A DNA stretch of 64,000 nt, from contig DASXIJ010000017.1 in NCBI GenBank assembly GCA_036498045.1, positions 3,478 through 67,477 of the forward strand. The letters run 5' to 3'. Shown here one piece after another: positions 9,635-20,613 of the stretch. The DNA is from Solirubrobacteraceae bacterium. GTDB taxonomy: Bacteria > Actinomycetota > Thermoleophilia > Solirubrobacterales > Solirubrobacteraceae. Positions within the stretch are counted from its first letter, which is position 1; the number at the start of each line of letters is the position of its first letter. The notes under the pieces are model-generated. The model worked only from the letters and a program-made list of their open reading frames with translations. It did not search any database and had not been told where the DNA came from. The translations under genes were made by a program, and so were the position numbers.

Positions 9635-9666
9635 GACGGTACTTTGATAGTTCACGATAGGAGTAC

Positions 9667-10260
9667 ATGATGCATGCTGCACATTGCGGGCCCGGCCCGC
9701 GTCACCGTCACCACCGACACCGCGGATTCGGCGGAGAGGGCTTCGGCGGCTTCGGCTTCGGGCCCGGTCCCCGCGGTCGCGGGCGCAAGGCGCGCCGCGG
9801 CGACATCCGCACGGCCGCGCTGCTGCTGCTCGCCGAGGAGCCGCGCAACGGCTACCAGATCATGCAAGAGGTCGAGGAGCGCAGCGACGGCGTTTGGCGA
9901 CCGAGCCCTGGTTCGGTCTACCCCGCGCTCCAGCAGCTCGAGGATGAGGGGCTGATCCGCTCGCAGGAGTCAGACGGGCGCAAGCTGTACGCGCTCACCG
10001 ACGCCGGCCGCGAGCGCGTCAACGAGCGACCCGACGACGCGACCGCTCCGTGGGAGCAGATGAGCGGCGACGTCAGCAGCGAGCAGCACGAGCTCGCCGG
10101 GCTGATGCGCCAGGTCGCGTTCGCGTTCGCGCAGGTCATCCGCACCGGCTCAAAGCCCCAGCTCGCAAAGGCGCGCGAGGTCCTCGACGCCGCCCGCCGC
10201 GACCTCTACCGGATCCTCGCCGACGGCGAGACCGGCAGCGAGACCGACAGCGAGGGCTAA
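9667..10260 (+). CDS. PadR-family transcriptional regulator
   Basis: RRGDIR..LLLL.EEPRNGYQIM, WRPSPGSVYPALQQLEDEG; AGGAG RBS. Confidence 0.93.
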   Translation: MMHAAHCGPGPRHRHHRHRGFGGEGFGGFGFGPGPRGRGRKARRGDIRTAALLLLAEEPRNGYQIMQEVEERSDGVWRPSPGSVYPALQQLEDEGLIRSQESDGRKLYALTDAGRERVNERPDDATAPWEQMSGDVSSEQHELAGLMRQVAFAFAQVIRTGSKPQLAKAREVLDAARRDLYRILADGETGSETDSEG

Positions 10261-11186
10261 CGCCGGGCAGCTCGCGGCGGGGCGCTCTCCTCGAGCGCCT
10301 TCGCCGCGACGCCCAGCAGCGGGTCCTGGCTGCGCGACTCGCCCGACTCCGCCGACAGCCGGATCGCCTCGGCCAGCTCGCTCTGGTTCTTCTGCACCCG
10401 CCGTTCGCTCAGCGGCTGCAGGACGCCACGCAGGTACAGCATCGGCCCGATCCACCGCGGCGCCCACACGCGCGCCGCGCGCCGCTCGATCCCGCGCTCG
10501 ATCGCGTCGATCGCCTTCGACAGCGGCGCCGGGTTGCGCATGAACGGCGGCAGCTGTCCCGTCAGCACGTTCGCCGACGGCTGCGCGAACGCGGCGCGCA
10601 CGAGGTCCGTGTCGAGGAACCCGAAGTAAGCGCAGCCGACCGCCGTCCCCGTCGGCGCGCTCTCCTGGCGCAGCGCGTCGCTCAGCGCCTCGACCCCCGA
10701 CTTGGCCGTCGTGTACGGACCCATCAGCGCGCTGTGCGAGATCGCGCTCAGCGATGCGATGTTCAGCAGGTACCCGCGCCGCTCCGTGACCTGCGCGATC
10801 ACCGCGCGGTCGGTGCGCCACACGCCCAGCAGGTTGACCTGCAGCGTGCGCTCGACCTGCTCGACCGGCGCCGTCGCCAGCGCCCCCGTGTACGAGATGC
10901 CCGCGTTCGCGATCGCCACGTCGATCGCGCCGAACCGCGCGACCGTCGCCGCGACCGCGCGTTCGAGCGCATCGAGGTCTGTCACGTCGGCCTCCACGCT
11001 GATCGCGCGGTCGCCCAGTCGCGCGGCGTTCTCCTCCAACCGCTCGGGCTCGAGACCGACCAGCGCGACGTTCGCGCCCTTTGAGTGCAGGCGTTCGGCC
11101 GCCGCCTTCCCGATCCCGCGGGCCGCGCCCGTGATGAACACCGTCCGACCGGCGACGTCGTAACGGGCTGCACGCGAGCCGCTCAC
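10257..11186 (-). CDS. Short-chain dehydrogenase/reductase
   Basis: TGAARGIG, NAGI and YxxxK (YTTAK) motifs. Confidence 0.93.
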   Translation of the reverse strand: MSGSRAARYDVAGRTVFITGAARGIGKAAAERLHSKGANVALVGLEPERLEENAARLGDRAISVEADVTDLDALERAVAATVARFGAIDVAIANAGISYTGALATAPVEQVERTLQVNLLGVWRTDRAVIAQVTERRGYLLNIASLSAISHSALMGPYTTAKSGVEALSDALRQESAPTGTAVGCAYFGFLDTDLVRAAFAQPSANVLTGQLPPFMRNPAPLSKAIDAIERGIERRAARVWAPRWIGPMLYLRGVLQPLSERRVQKNQSELAEAIRLSAESGESRSQDPLLGVAAKALEESAPPRAARR

Positions 11187-11195
11187 AGCGGCAGC

Positions 11196-12254
11196 CTACC
11201 CCACGCCAGCGTGACCGGCTGGCGCCGGCGACCGCTCCTCGCTCTCGTCCGAGCCGGGCGTGTCAGCCGCGGACCGCTCGCCGGTCTCGTCGGCGCCGTG
11301 CGCGCGCATCTTGCGCGTGTCGCGCGGCGCCAGGAACGGCTCTTGGTCGGCCGGGTGGCCCGCCTCGATCGCCCGGCCGCGCTCGAGCTCGGCGTTGAAC
11401 TCGGCTCCGAGCAGCAGCGCGATGTTCGAGACCCACAGCCACACGAGGAACACGACGACCGACGCGAGCGCGCCGTACGTCTTGTTGTACGACGAGAAGT
11501 TCGCGACGTACAGCGCGAACAGCCCCGACGCGACCAGCCACGTCACCACGGCGAGAAGGCCGCCCGGGCTGACCCAGCGAAAGCTCGGATGGCGGACGTT
11601 CGGCGCCGCCCAGTAGAGGATCGCGATCATCGCGCTGACGACGAGCACGAGCACCGGCCACTTGGCGATGTCCCACACGGCGACCGCGCTCGAGCCGACG
11701 CCGATCAGGCCGCCGACGTCGCGCGCGAGCCCGCCCGTCAGGACCACCGCGAACGCGCTGATCGCGAGCAGCGCCACCATCACGACCGTCACGCCGACCC
11801 GCACCGGCAGGGTCTTCCAGATCGGCCGGCCCTCTTCGACGTCGTAGATCGTGTTCGACGCGCGCATGAACCCCGCGACGTAGCCCGACGCCGACCACAG
11901 CGCGACCGCGATCGACACCACGAAGATCACGCCAGCCGCGCCCTGGTTGCGTTGGATGTTGCTGATCGCGCTCGTGAACACGCTCTTCGCCGTGCCCGGC
12001 GCGACCTTGCCGATGTTTTCGATCAGCGGCTGTGTCGCCGAGTGCCCGATCACGCCGAGGATCGACACGAGCGCGATCAGCGCCGGGAAGATCGCCAGCA
12101 CGCCGTAGTACGTCAGCGCCGCCGCGAGGTCGGTCACGTTGTCGTTGCGAAACTCCGATCCCGTTCGCTTGAGCACGCCGCTCCACGAGCCGCGCCTCAA
12201 CTTCGCCGGACCGCGCGGCGGATTCGCCGCGTCGCCGTCGCCCGTCTGTGCCAT
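11196..12254 (-). CDS. YihY/BrkB-family membrane protein
   Basis: AAALTYYGVLAIFP, SYNKTYGALASVVVFLVWLW, LLLGAEFN; AGGAGG RBS. Confidence 0.93.
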   Translation of the reverse strand: MAQTGDGDAANPPRGPAKLRRGSWSGVLKRTGSEFRNDNVTDLAAALTYYGVLAIFPALIALVSILGVIGHSATQPLIENIGKVAPGTAKSVFTSAISNIQRNQGAAGVIFVVSIAVALWSASGYVAGFMRASNTIYDVEEGRPIWKTLPVRVGVTVVMVALLAISAFAVVLTGGLARDVGGLIGVGSSAVAVWDIAKWPVLVLVVSAMIAILYWAAPNVRHPSFRWVSPGGLLAVVTWLVASGLFALYVANFSSYNKTYGALASVVVFLVWLWVSNIALLLGAEFNAELERGRAIEAGHPADQEPFLAPRDTRKMRAHGADETGERSAADTPGSDESEERSPAPAGHAGVG

Positions 12255-12283
12255 CCGTTGCCTCCTTTGGCTCGGCGACGTGG

Positions 12284-12309
12284 ATGCCCCGTGTGGCTCG
12301 CGTGTAAAC
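12284..12309 (-). promoter_or_regulatory. SigB/SigF-type (general stress) promoter for the yihY-like gene
   Basis: Minus strand reads GTTT-N16-GGGCAT, close to the GTTT-N15-17-GGGTAT consensus. Confidence 0.55.
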
Positions 12310-12341
12310 AGCCGGAATCCGGGCAGCGCCCGCGGCGTCGC

Positions 12342-12695
12342 TCAGGCGCTCGTCTCGCGCGTCGCCGCCAGCGCGAGCTCGACGGACTCGTGCACCGGCA
12401 CGACGGTCGGCAGGGCGACGATCGCCGCCAGCCGAGCGAGGTTCGACTCTCGCGGGATCACCAGCTCGAGGCGCGCGCGGCGCTCGCGCAGCAGCTCTGA
12501 CGTGCGGAACAGCATGTCGATGCCCGCGCTGTCGACGTACCGCGTCTCGCTGAGGTCGAGCACGATCGAGTCGCCACCCTCGTCCAGGCACTCGGCGAGC
12601 GCATCGCGCACGCGCCGCGCGCTCGCCGCGTCGATGTCCTCGCGCGGTCGCGCGACGCACACGCCGTCGACTCGTTCGATCCGCAGGGCGCTCAC
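12342..12695 (-). CDS. STAS-domain anti-sigma-factor antagonist
   Basis: 117 aa; EDIDAASA, VLDLSETRYVDSAG (phosphorylatable Ser); start overlaps the upstream gene's stop. Confidence 0.9.
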   Translation of the reverse strand: MSALRIERVDGVCVARPREDIDAASARRVRDALAECLDEGGDSIVLDLSETRYVDSAGIDMLFRTSELLRERRARLELVIPRESNLARLAAIVALPTVVPVHESVELALAATRETSA

Positions 12696-14314
12696 CCGGC
12701 GTCACCCGCCAGACGCCGGACCAGCGTCACCGTCGTGCCGCCGTCGCCGCGCTGCACGTCGACCTCGTCGACGAGCGAGCGCATCAGCTCCAGCCCGCGC
12801 CCGCGGCCGTGCGGGTGCGTCTCGCGCCAGCGGCCGCTGTCGCGCACGACGACGCGCGCCTGCGCGCCGTCGGTCTCGCACCGCACCGTGAACGTCCCGT
12901 CGTGCACGCCGTATGCGTGCTCGATCGCGTTCGCCGCCGCCTCCGACGTCGCGAGCGCCATCCCGAAGACCTCGTCCGCGTGCCCGCCCGCATTGATCAG
13001 CCAGCGTCCGATCACGCTGCGCAGGCCGGCGAGCACCGCCGGTCGCGTGTCCAGCGTCATCTGAAAGCTTGACCCCAGCGCGAGCGACTCGATCGCCAGC
13101 AGAGCGACGTCGTCCTCGAGCGGGGTCTCGTCGACCAGCGCGCGGTACACGCGGTCGGCGAACGACGCTTCCTCGCCGGCGGCCGCGAGACGTCCCGCCT
13201 CGGCCAGCCGGCGCAGGCCCTCGTCGATCGACTCTCCGCGGCGCTCGACGAGGCCGTCGGTGTACAACAGCAGCGCGCTGCCCGCGTCGAACTGAAAGCG
13301 CGCGATCGGGTACTCGATACCGGTCATCACGCCGAGCGGCGGGCCGCCCCGGCATTCGAGCAGCGCCGGTGCGCCGTCGGGTCCGACCAGCAGCCCCGGC
13401 AGGTGACCGGCGCTGACCGCCTGCAGCTCGCCGCGCTCGAGGTCGAGCTCGACGATCGCGGCCGTCGCGCTGCAGCGGCGTTCCATCGACACGAGCATGT
13501 CGTTGAGCAGCGCCATCACGACCGCCAGCTCGTGTCCCTCGACCAGGTAAGCGCGCACTGCCGTGCGGATCTCGCTCATCACCGACGCCGCGAGCACGCC
13601 CCGTCCGACGACGTCGCCGATCACGAGCGCGAGGCGGCCGTTGGCGAGCTGGAGCACGTCGTACCAGTCGCCGCCGATCCGCACACCCGAGCCGGCCGGC
13701 AGGTACTTCGCGCTGAACCGCACGCCCGGCACCTGCGGGAGCGCATCGGGCAGCAGCGTGCGCTGCATGATCTCGGTAACCGCGCGCTGCTCGGTCAGCT
13801 GCGCGCGATCGATCGCGATCGCAGCGCGGTCGGCGGCGAGCTGCAAAAGCGCGATGTCGTCGTCGTCGAACGCGCGGTGCACCAGCGTGCCGACGTGCAG
13901 CACGCCGATCAACCGTCCTTCGACCTGCACCGGCACTCCCAGGAGCGAGCGGATCCCCTTCTGGCGGAGGATCGGGTTGACGACCTCGGCACGGCTGAGA
14001 TCCTCGATCACGACCGGGCGGCGCTGCGCGGCAACGCGCCCGGCGAAGCCGCGCGCGACCGGAACGCGCACACCCTGGCGCACCTCCTCCTCCAGGCCCC
14101 GCGCCGCCCGCGCGACGAGCACGTCGCGATCCTCGTCGAGCAGCAGCACGGCGGCCGTGTCGGCTTCGAGACCGCCGCGAACGCGGTCGAGCAACTCCGA
14201 CAGCATCTCCTCGAGCGACATGTACGCAAGCGCCGAATCGGTGATCTGTTGGATGATCTCCAGCCGCTCGTTCGCGCCGGCGCCGTCTGATGCCTGATCC
14301 GCGCTCGCGTCCAC
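12692..14314 (-). CDS. GAF + SpoIIE (PP2C) phosphatase + C-terminal RsbW-like ATPase domain
   Basis: N-terminal GAF; GGDWYD, IGDVVGRG, LYTDGLVERR, EDDVA; SEAAANAIEH and GRGRGL. Confidence 0.92.
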   Translation of the reverse strand: MDASADQASDGAGANERLEIIQQITDSALAYMSLEEMLSELLDRVRGGLEADTAAVLLLDEDRDVLVARAARGLEEEVRQGVRVPVARGFAGRVAAQRRPVVIEDLSRAEVVNPILRQKGIRSLLGVPVQVEGRLIGVLHVGTLVHRAFDDDDIALLQLAADRAAIAIDRAQLTEQRAVTEIMQRTLLPDALPQVPGVRFSAKYLPAGSGVRIGGDWYDVLQLANGRLALVIGDVVGRGVLAASVMSEIRTAVRAYLVEGHELAVVMALLNDMLVSMERRCSATAAIVELDLERGELQAVSAGHLPGLLVGPDGAPALLECRGGPPLGVMTGIEYPIARFQFDAGSALLLYTDGLVERRGESIDEGLRRLAEAGRLAAAGEEASFADRVYRALVDETPLEDDVALLAIESLALGSSFQMTLDTRPAVLAGLRSVIGRWLINAGGHADEVFGMALATSEAAANAIEHAYGVHDGTFTVRCETDGAQARVVVRDSGRWRETHPHGRGRGLELMRSLVDEVDVQRGDGGTTVTLVRRLAGDAG

Positions 14315-14362
14315 CGCCTCAAGCTATACCCCGTCGGCGATGACGGCACGCGTGGTGGCCGG

Positions 14363-16711
14363 CTATGCCGTCGAGTGCTCGACGTGCGCGGCGGAGAGCT
14401 CCGCGACCAGCGCCGCGACCACGTTGGGGTCGAACTGCGATCCCGCGCCCTCGGCCAGCTCGGCGAGCGCCGCGTCGGGGGGCAGCGCCGGGCTGTATGG
14501 GCGCCCGGCGACCATCGCGTCGAACGCGTCGCACGCTGCGACCACGCGAGCTGCGAACGGGATCTCGCCGCTGGCGAGCCCGCTCGGATAGCCACGGCCG
14601 TCCCAGCGCTCGTGCGATGCGCGCACGGCCCCAGCCAGGCGCGTCAGACCCGGGGCCTGCAGCAGGATCTCCGCGCCGCGATCGGGATGGCTCCGCAAGA
14701 TCTCCGATTCGCGTTCGTCCAACGGCCCGGGCTTGCTCAGGATCTGCGGCGCGATCGCCAACATGCCCAGGTCGTGCACCAGCGCCGCCTGGCGGACGAA
14801 CTCGAGCTCGGCAGGGCTTGCGCCGAGGCGCGCCGCCACCCGGATGCTCAGCTCCGACACGTCGATGCTGTGCTCGGCTGTCGAAGCGTGGTGTGAGCGC
14901 AGAGCCGCGACCAGCACGTCGACGGCGACCTGAGTGGCGACAGTCGAGCGCGCGGATGTCGCGCCGGCCGCAGGTCGCGCCCCCCGCTTGGCCGCGTACA
15001 GGCGCTGGTCGGCCCGCTCGAGCAGGGCATCCTTCGTGCTCTCGCCGTCCACCTCGACCAGGCCGGCCGACGCGCCCAGCCGCGGATCGAGTCCGGCGAT
15101 CACCGCGCACGTGCGTCTCGCCGCGGCCGCCGCCGCGGTCTCATCGACGCCGCCGAGCAGCAACGCGAACTCGTCGCCTCCCACGCGAAAGGCCAGGTCG
15201 CCCCGGCGGCACGCGTCGGTGAGCGCGACCGCCGCTGCGCGCAGCAACCGGTCGCCGCCGCCGTGGCCGTCCTCGTCGTTGATCCGCTTGAAGTTGTCGA
15301 GGTCGATCAGCACGATGCACGCGCTGCCGGGGCAATGGCGCTCTTGCAGGGCGCGATCGACCGCGTCGTGGAAGCTGCGGTGGTTGAGCAGGCCGGTGAG
15401 CGGGTCGCAGTCGGCCTGCGTCTTGGTCACGTGGTAGCGGCGCGCATTGTTGAGCGCGATCGCGACCTGACTGGCGAACGACTGCAGCACTTCGACGTCG
15501 CGCGGGAGGAACGTACGCGATTGCATCCCCAGTGCCACGAGCAGGCCGCCGGTGTCGCCGAAGAAGCTAAGCGGCGCGCTCGCCAGCGAGCACAGCGGCA
15601 TCGGCGCGTCCGCCAGCGGCGCGAGCGCCGGCACGGTGGTGACGTCGTCGAGCACGACGCACTGCTCGGCGACGCGCGCAGTCGCATTGGCCCACAGCTC
15701 CAGCGCCGCCGTCGAGCCGGTCGGCAGGCCCGAAGACCGCTGGCAGACGAAGTCGTCGCCTTCCCGGACGAGCAGCGCGAACTCCCGCCCGCCGACCGCC
15801 GCCTGTGCGTTGCGGGTCACCTTGCTCAAGACCTCCTCGAGCTGCAGGTCGGACACCAGGTCCTGCAGGCTCGCAAACAGTCGCTGCGCGACGTCGCCAC
15901 TGTCCTGCGCCTCGCGCTGCAGCTGACGCCACGCGCTCTGGCGGCGGCGCAGCTCGTCGCGCACCACGAGGCCCGCGCCCGCGACCGGAATCGCGATCGC
16001 CGCCGGCAGCGCGGCCGGGAGCAGCAGCGCGCTCGCCGTCAGCGCCGCGGCGCTCGCGATGCCCGCGCCGGCCGCTCGACGCCCGACCGGCGCGCGGTCG
16101 CGCCAGCGCAGCTCGTACACGCACGAGTCGGCACCGTCGCCGACGCACTGCACGTGGGTCAGCTGCGCCCGCGGCAGTCCGAACAGCTCGGGAACGATGC
16201 TCAGCATCGCAGCGCTGTACTCGCAGTCGAGGCGGTGAAAGCGCTTCGTGCCGGCGATGTCGACGAACCGCGTCCGCGCGCGTCCGCGGCCGACGCTGAT
16301 CAGCTCCATCGCGTGGCTGCCGTTGAAGCGCGCGTTCGCGCGAGCGACGCTGCGATACACGAGCTGCGGCGAGCCCAGCGTCCGCAGCGCGACCTTCAGG
16401 CCGCCGGCGACTTTGATGTCGAGCGCCATCTGCGCCATCTCGACGAGGAAGTCCGCGTCGTCGAGGACCTCGGCCGTCGCCTCCAACAGGGCAATCTTCG
16501 TCTCCCACGAGAACCAGCAGTTCTCGTCGCGCAGCTCCGCCTCGCAGGCGCTCAGCCCGCAGCGGCGCAGAACTTCGGCGACCGCGTTCGGCGCGCCCAC
16601 GCGATCGAGGTAGGCGAGCAGCAGCGCCGACGTGACGCCGCTTGCCTCGCGGGGCTGCTCGGACAGAGGCAGCTGCGGCGGCGAGGCGTTGTTCAGGCGG
16701 TCGACGCTCAT
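14363..16711 (-). CDS. Membrane c-di-GMP enzyme: V4R-like sensor, TM, GAF, GGDEF and HD-GYP domains
   Basis: DPLTGLLN, DLDNFKRIND, RVGGDEF, VHDLG, HERWDGRGYP; Cys-containing V4R-like N-terminus (C...QCVGDGADSCVYELRW); start uncertain. Confidence 0.88.
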   Translation of the reverse strand: MSVDRLNNASPPQLPLSEQPREASGVTSALLLAYLDRVGAPNAVAEVLRRCGLSACEAELRDENCWFSWETKIALLEATAEVLDDADFLVEMAQMALDIKVAGGLKVALRTLGSPQLVYRSVARANARFNGSHAMELISVGRGRARTRFVDIAGTKRFHRLDCEYSAAMLSIVPELFGLPRAQLTHVQCVGDGADSCVYELRWRDRAPVGRRAAGAGIASAAALTASALLLPAALPAAIAIPVAGAGLVVRDELRRRQSAWRQLQREAQDSGDVAQRLFASLQDLVSDLQLEEVLSKVTRNAQAAVGGREFALLVREGDDFVCQRSSGLPTGSTAALELWANATARVAEQCVVLDDVTTVPALAPLADAPMPLCSLASAPLSFFGDTGGLLVALGMQSRTFLPRDVEVLQSFASQVAIALNNARRYHVTKTQADCDPLTGLLNHRSFHDAVDRALQERHCPGSACIVLIDLDNFKRINDEDGHGGGDRLLRAAAVALTDACRRGDLAFRVGGDEFALLLGGVDETAAAAAARRTCAVIAGLDPRLGASAGLVEVDGESTKDALLERADQRLYAAKRGARPAAGATSARSTVATQVAVDVLVAALRSHHASTAEHSIDVSELSIRVAARLGASPAELEFVRQAALVHDLGMLAIAPQILSKPGPLDERESEILRSHPDRGAEILLQAPGLTRLAGAVRASHERWDGRGYPSGLASGEIPFAARVVAACDAFDAMVAGRPYSPALPPDAALAELAEGAGSQFDPNVVAALVAELSAAHVEHSTA

Positions 16712-16788
16712 GCCCGTGCGAACGGCATCTGGCCGTCGATCTGACCATCGGCTTTGCGCCCCCCGGCGAGCGGCGTGCGCACGGCGCA

Positions 16789-16860
16789 TGCCCCGTGCGG
16801 GACTCGAACCCGCCCCACCGGATTAAAAGTCCGGCGCTCTACCAGATGAGCTAACGGGGC
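16789..16860 (-). tRNA. tRNA-Lys (anticodon TTT)
   Basis: Cloverleaf with GCCCCGT/ACGGGGC acceptor, anticodon arm CCGGA-CTTTTAA-TCCGG, T-loop TTCGAGT; CCA not encoded. Confidence 0.96.
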
Positions 16861-17073
16861 TCGCGCGCGACAGTGTCGCAGATGGCCTGTGACGCGGCTA
16901 TCGCCCGACAACGCGCGTCACCCCTGACGATTTCGCGCGGCCGAGCACGTGACAAGCGGGCATGGTCCCTCCTTGGATCGGCACCCTTATACCGACACAG
17001 TCGTGCACCTAAGGTGCCGACTACAGGCAAGTGCGACGCACTCGACAAACGTGCGACGCTGGAGCCTGGGTGC

Positions 17074-18516
17074 CTAGGGCGTTTCGGAGGCGGCGATCTG
17101 CAGCATCTGCTCGATCTCGGTGAGCTTCACGCGCGGGCGCCCGCCCCGCTCGCCGAGCGCGCGCTCGTGGCGGTCGATCGCCTCCCAGCCGGAGTACGTG
17201 ACGAGCTGGGGCTGGCGCTCGCGCAGCAGCGCCTCCACCGCGCCGGCGTCGGGTTCGCTCGGAATGTGCGGCGCTGCGGCGCTCGCGCCGTCGCCGTCCG
17301 CGCGATCGCCGTTGGCGCTCGGGTGCAGGTCGGCGAGGATCGCGTCGACCGTCTCCTGCGCGTCCTTCTTGTTCGTGCCGATCACGCCTGACGGCCCGCG
17401 CTTGATCCAGCCGACGACGTACTCGCCGGGGAGCGGAGCGTGGCTGTCCGGGTCAAGCACGCGGCCGCGCTCGTTGAGGATCGTCGCGGCGCGCTCGTCG
17501 AACGAGACGCCCGGCAGCGGCTCGCCGCGGTAGCCGATCGCGCGGAACACGAGCCCAGCTGGGATCGTCTCGTGCTCGTCGGTCGCCCGGGCGCGCAGGG
17601 CGCCGGTCTCGTCGGGCACGAGCTCGTTGCGGACGAGCTCGACGGCCGCAAGCGCGCCGTCGTCGCCGGCGTCCAGCGCGATCGGCGAGAGCAGGAAGCG
17701 CAGGACGATCCGCTTGCGGGCGTCGGTCGGCTCGTGCTCGGCGTAGCGGCGCAGGATCTCGACGTTGCGCCGCGCGATCGCGTCCTGCTCGGCGGCCTCG
17801 TCGTGCACCGCGAGCGCGCGCTCCAGCTCGTCGGAGTCGACGAGCACGTCGGCGTCGGTCAGCTCGTCGAGCTCGAGCAGCTCGGGGTTGGTGAACGCGG
17901 CCTGGGCCGGACCGCGGCGCCCGACGACGACCACCTCGCGCACGCGGCTCTGCCCGAGCACCTCCAGCGCGTGATCGGCGGTGTCGGTCGGCGCGAGCTC
18001 GTCGGCGCTGAGCATCAGCATCCGGGCGACGTCGATCGCGACGTTGCCGTTGCCGATCACGACCGCGCGCTCTGCCGACACGAGGTCGACCTCGAGCCCG
18101 GAGTGGTCGGGGTGACCGTTGTACCAGCCGACGAACTCTGTCGCCGCGTGCGAGCCGCGGAGGTGTTCGCCGGGAATCGCGAGTGGGCGGTCCAGCGGCG
18201 AGCCCGTCGCGTAGACGATCGCGTGGTAGCGCGACAGCAGGTCCTCGCGCGTGACGTGCTCGCCGAAGCAGACGTTGCCGAAGTAGCGAAAGCGCGGATG
18301 CGCAGCGGTCTTCTCATAGACGCGCGTGACCGACTTGATCTTCGGGTGGTCGGGCGCGACGCCCGAGCGGACGAGCCCCCACGGTGTCGGCAGACGCTCG
18401 ATCATGTCGACCTCGATCCGCTCGCTCGAGTCCTTGAGCAGGTGTCCGGCGGCATAGAAGCCGGCCGGCCCCGAGCCGATAACGGCGATTCGAATTGGAG
18501 AGCTGTCGTCTGTCAC
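17074..18516 (-). CDS. Ferredoxin/adrenodoxin-type NADP+ reductase (FprA-like)
   Basis: GSGPAG, GLVRSGVAPDH, GNGNVAIDVAR, GWIKRGPSGVIGTN. Confidence 0.93.
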   Translation of the reverse strand: MTDDSSPIRIAVIGSGPAGFYAAGHLLKDSSERIEVDMIERLPTPWGLVRSGVAPDHPKIKSVTRVYEKTAAHPRFRYFGNVCFGEHVTREDLLSRYHAIVYATGSPLDRPLAIPGEHLRGSHAATEFVGWYNGHPDHSGLEVDLVSAERAVVIGNGNVAIDVARMLMLSADELAPTDTADHALEVLGQSRVREVVVVGRRGPAQAAFTNPELLELDELTDADVLVDSDELERALAVHDEAAEQDAIARRNVEILRRYAEHEPTDARKRIVLRFLLSPIALDAGDDGALAAVELVRNELVPDETGALRARATDEHETIPAGLVFRAIGYRGEPLPGVSFDERAATILNERGRVLDPDSHAPLPGEYVVGWIKRGPSGVIGTNKKDAQETVDAILADLHPSANGDRADGDGASAAAPHIPSEPDAGAVEALLRERQPQLVTYSGWEAIDRHERALGERGGRPRVKLTEIEQMLQIAASETP

Positions 18517-18544
18517 TGAAAAAGGCGGATTCGATCGCGGGCGA

Positions 18545-18618
18545 TGGGCGCGGCCCGACTCGAACGGGCGACCCCCTCGGTGTAAACGAGGTGCTCTGGC
18601 CAGCTGAGCTACGCGCCC
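18545..18618 (-). tRNA. tRNA-Val (anticodon TAC)
   Basis: Cloverleaf with GGGCGCG/CGCGCCC acceptor, anticodon arm CTCG-TTTACAC-CGAG, GTTCGAGT. Confidence 0.96.
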
Positions 18619-18713
18619 TGGGCCCGGCGGCTCCTAGGCTAGCGACCGGTGCAAAGCGAGCGGTGTGACCGGGTTTGGCTAGGATTGCCCCAACCCGTCG
18701 CTGGGGAGCTCTC

Positions 18714-19870
<1,157 letters not shown>

Positions 19871-19874
<4 letters not shown>

Positions 19875-20611
19875 TCGGGCTCGCCTCGACGGCGCTCGCG
19901 AGCGCGGGCCCGGTGATCCCCAACTACGGGGAGCACAGCTCGAGGTGCGTCGTAGAGAACCGCTTCTTCTGCCCCGAATGGGTCTCGGAAAACTGGGGCA
20001 GCGTCCTCTGGCCGGCACTGCGCCAGCACGTCGTGCTCACGGTGATCGCCGTCGCGATCGGGTTCGCGATCTCGCTGGCGCTGGCGCTGGCGGCGCATCG
20101 CTATCGCGTGCTCGAGCGCCCGACGCTGCTCCTGACGACCTTCCTCTACACGATCCCGTCGCTGGCGCTGTTCGAGCTGCTCGTCGCGCCGGTCGGCGCG
20201 AACATCTATGCCGCGGAGATCGCGCTCGTCTCGTACACGCTGCTGATCCTGTTCCGCAACATCCTCACGGGCCTGCGCGAGGTGCCCGGCGAGGTGCTCG
20301 ACGCGGCCGAGGGGATGGGGATGACGCGCGGCCAGGCGCTCGTCCGCGTCGAGTTGCCGCTCGCGCTCCCCGCGATCATCGCGGGGCTGCGGATCGCCGT
20401 CGTGACGATCATCGCGCTGGCGACGATCGTGTACACGATCTACGACAAGGGGCTCGGCGTGCCGATCCACACAGCGCTCGGCGAGGGCCCGTTCAAGACC
20501 GAGCTGCTCGCGGCCGGCGCGCTGACCGTGCTGCTCGCGCTCGCCGCCGACGCCCTCCTCGTGCTGCTGCAGCGCGCGCTGACACCGTGGGCGCGCGTGA
20601 GGACGGCCTGA
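19871..20611 (+). CDS. Osmoprotectant ABC transporter permease
   Basis: YTIPSLALF; EAA-loop DAAEGMGMT...VELPLALP. Confidence 0.92.
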
Positions 20612-20613
20612 AC

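Noticed and set aside
12284-12300. ATGCCCCGTG matching the tRNA-Lys 3' end (possible att bounding the STAS/SpoIIE/GGDEF block)
   Set aside because: Only 10 bp, and the same bases are explained by the SigB-like -10 element (GGGCAT); no integrase nearby. Worth re-testing only with comparative genomes
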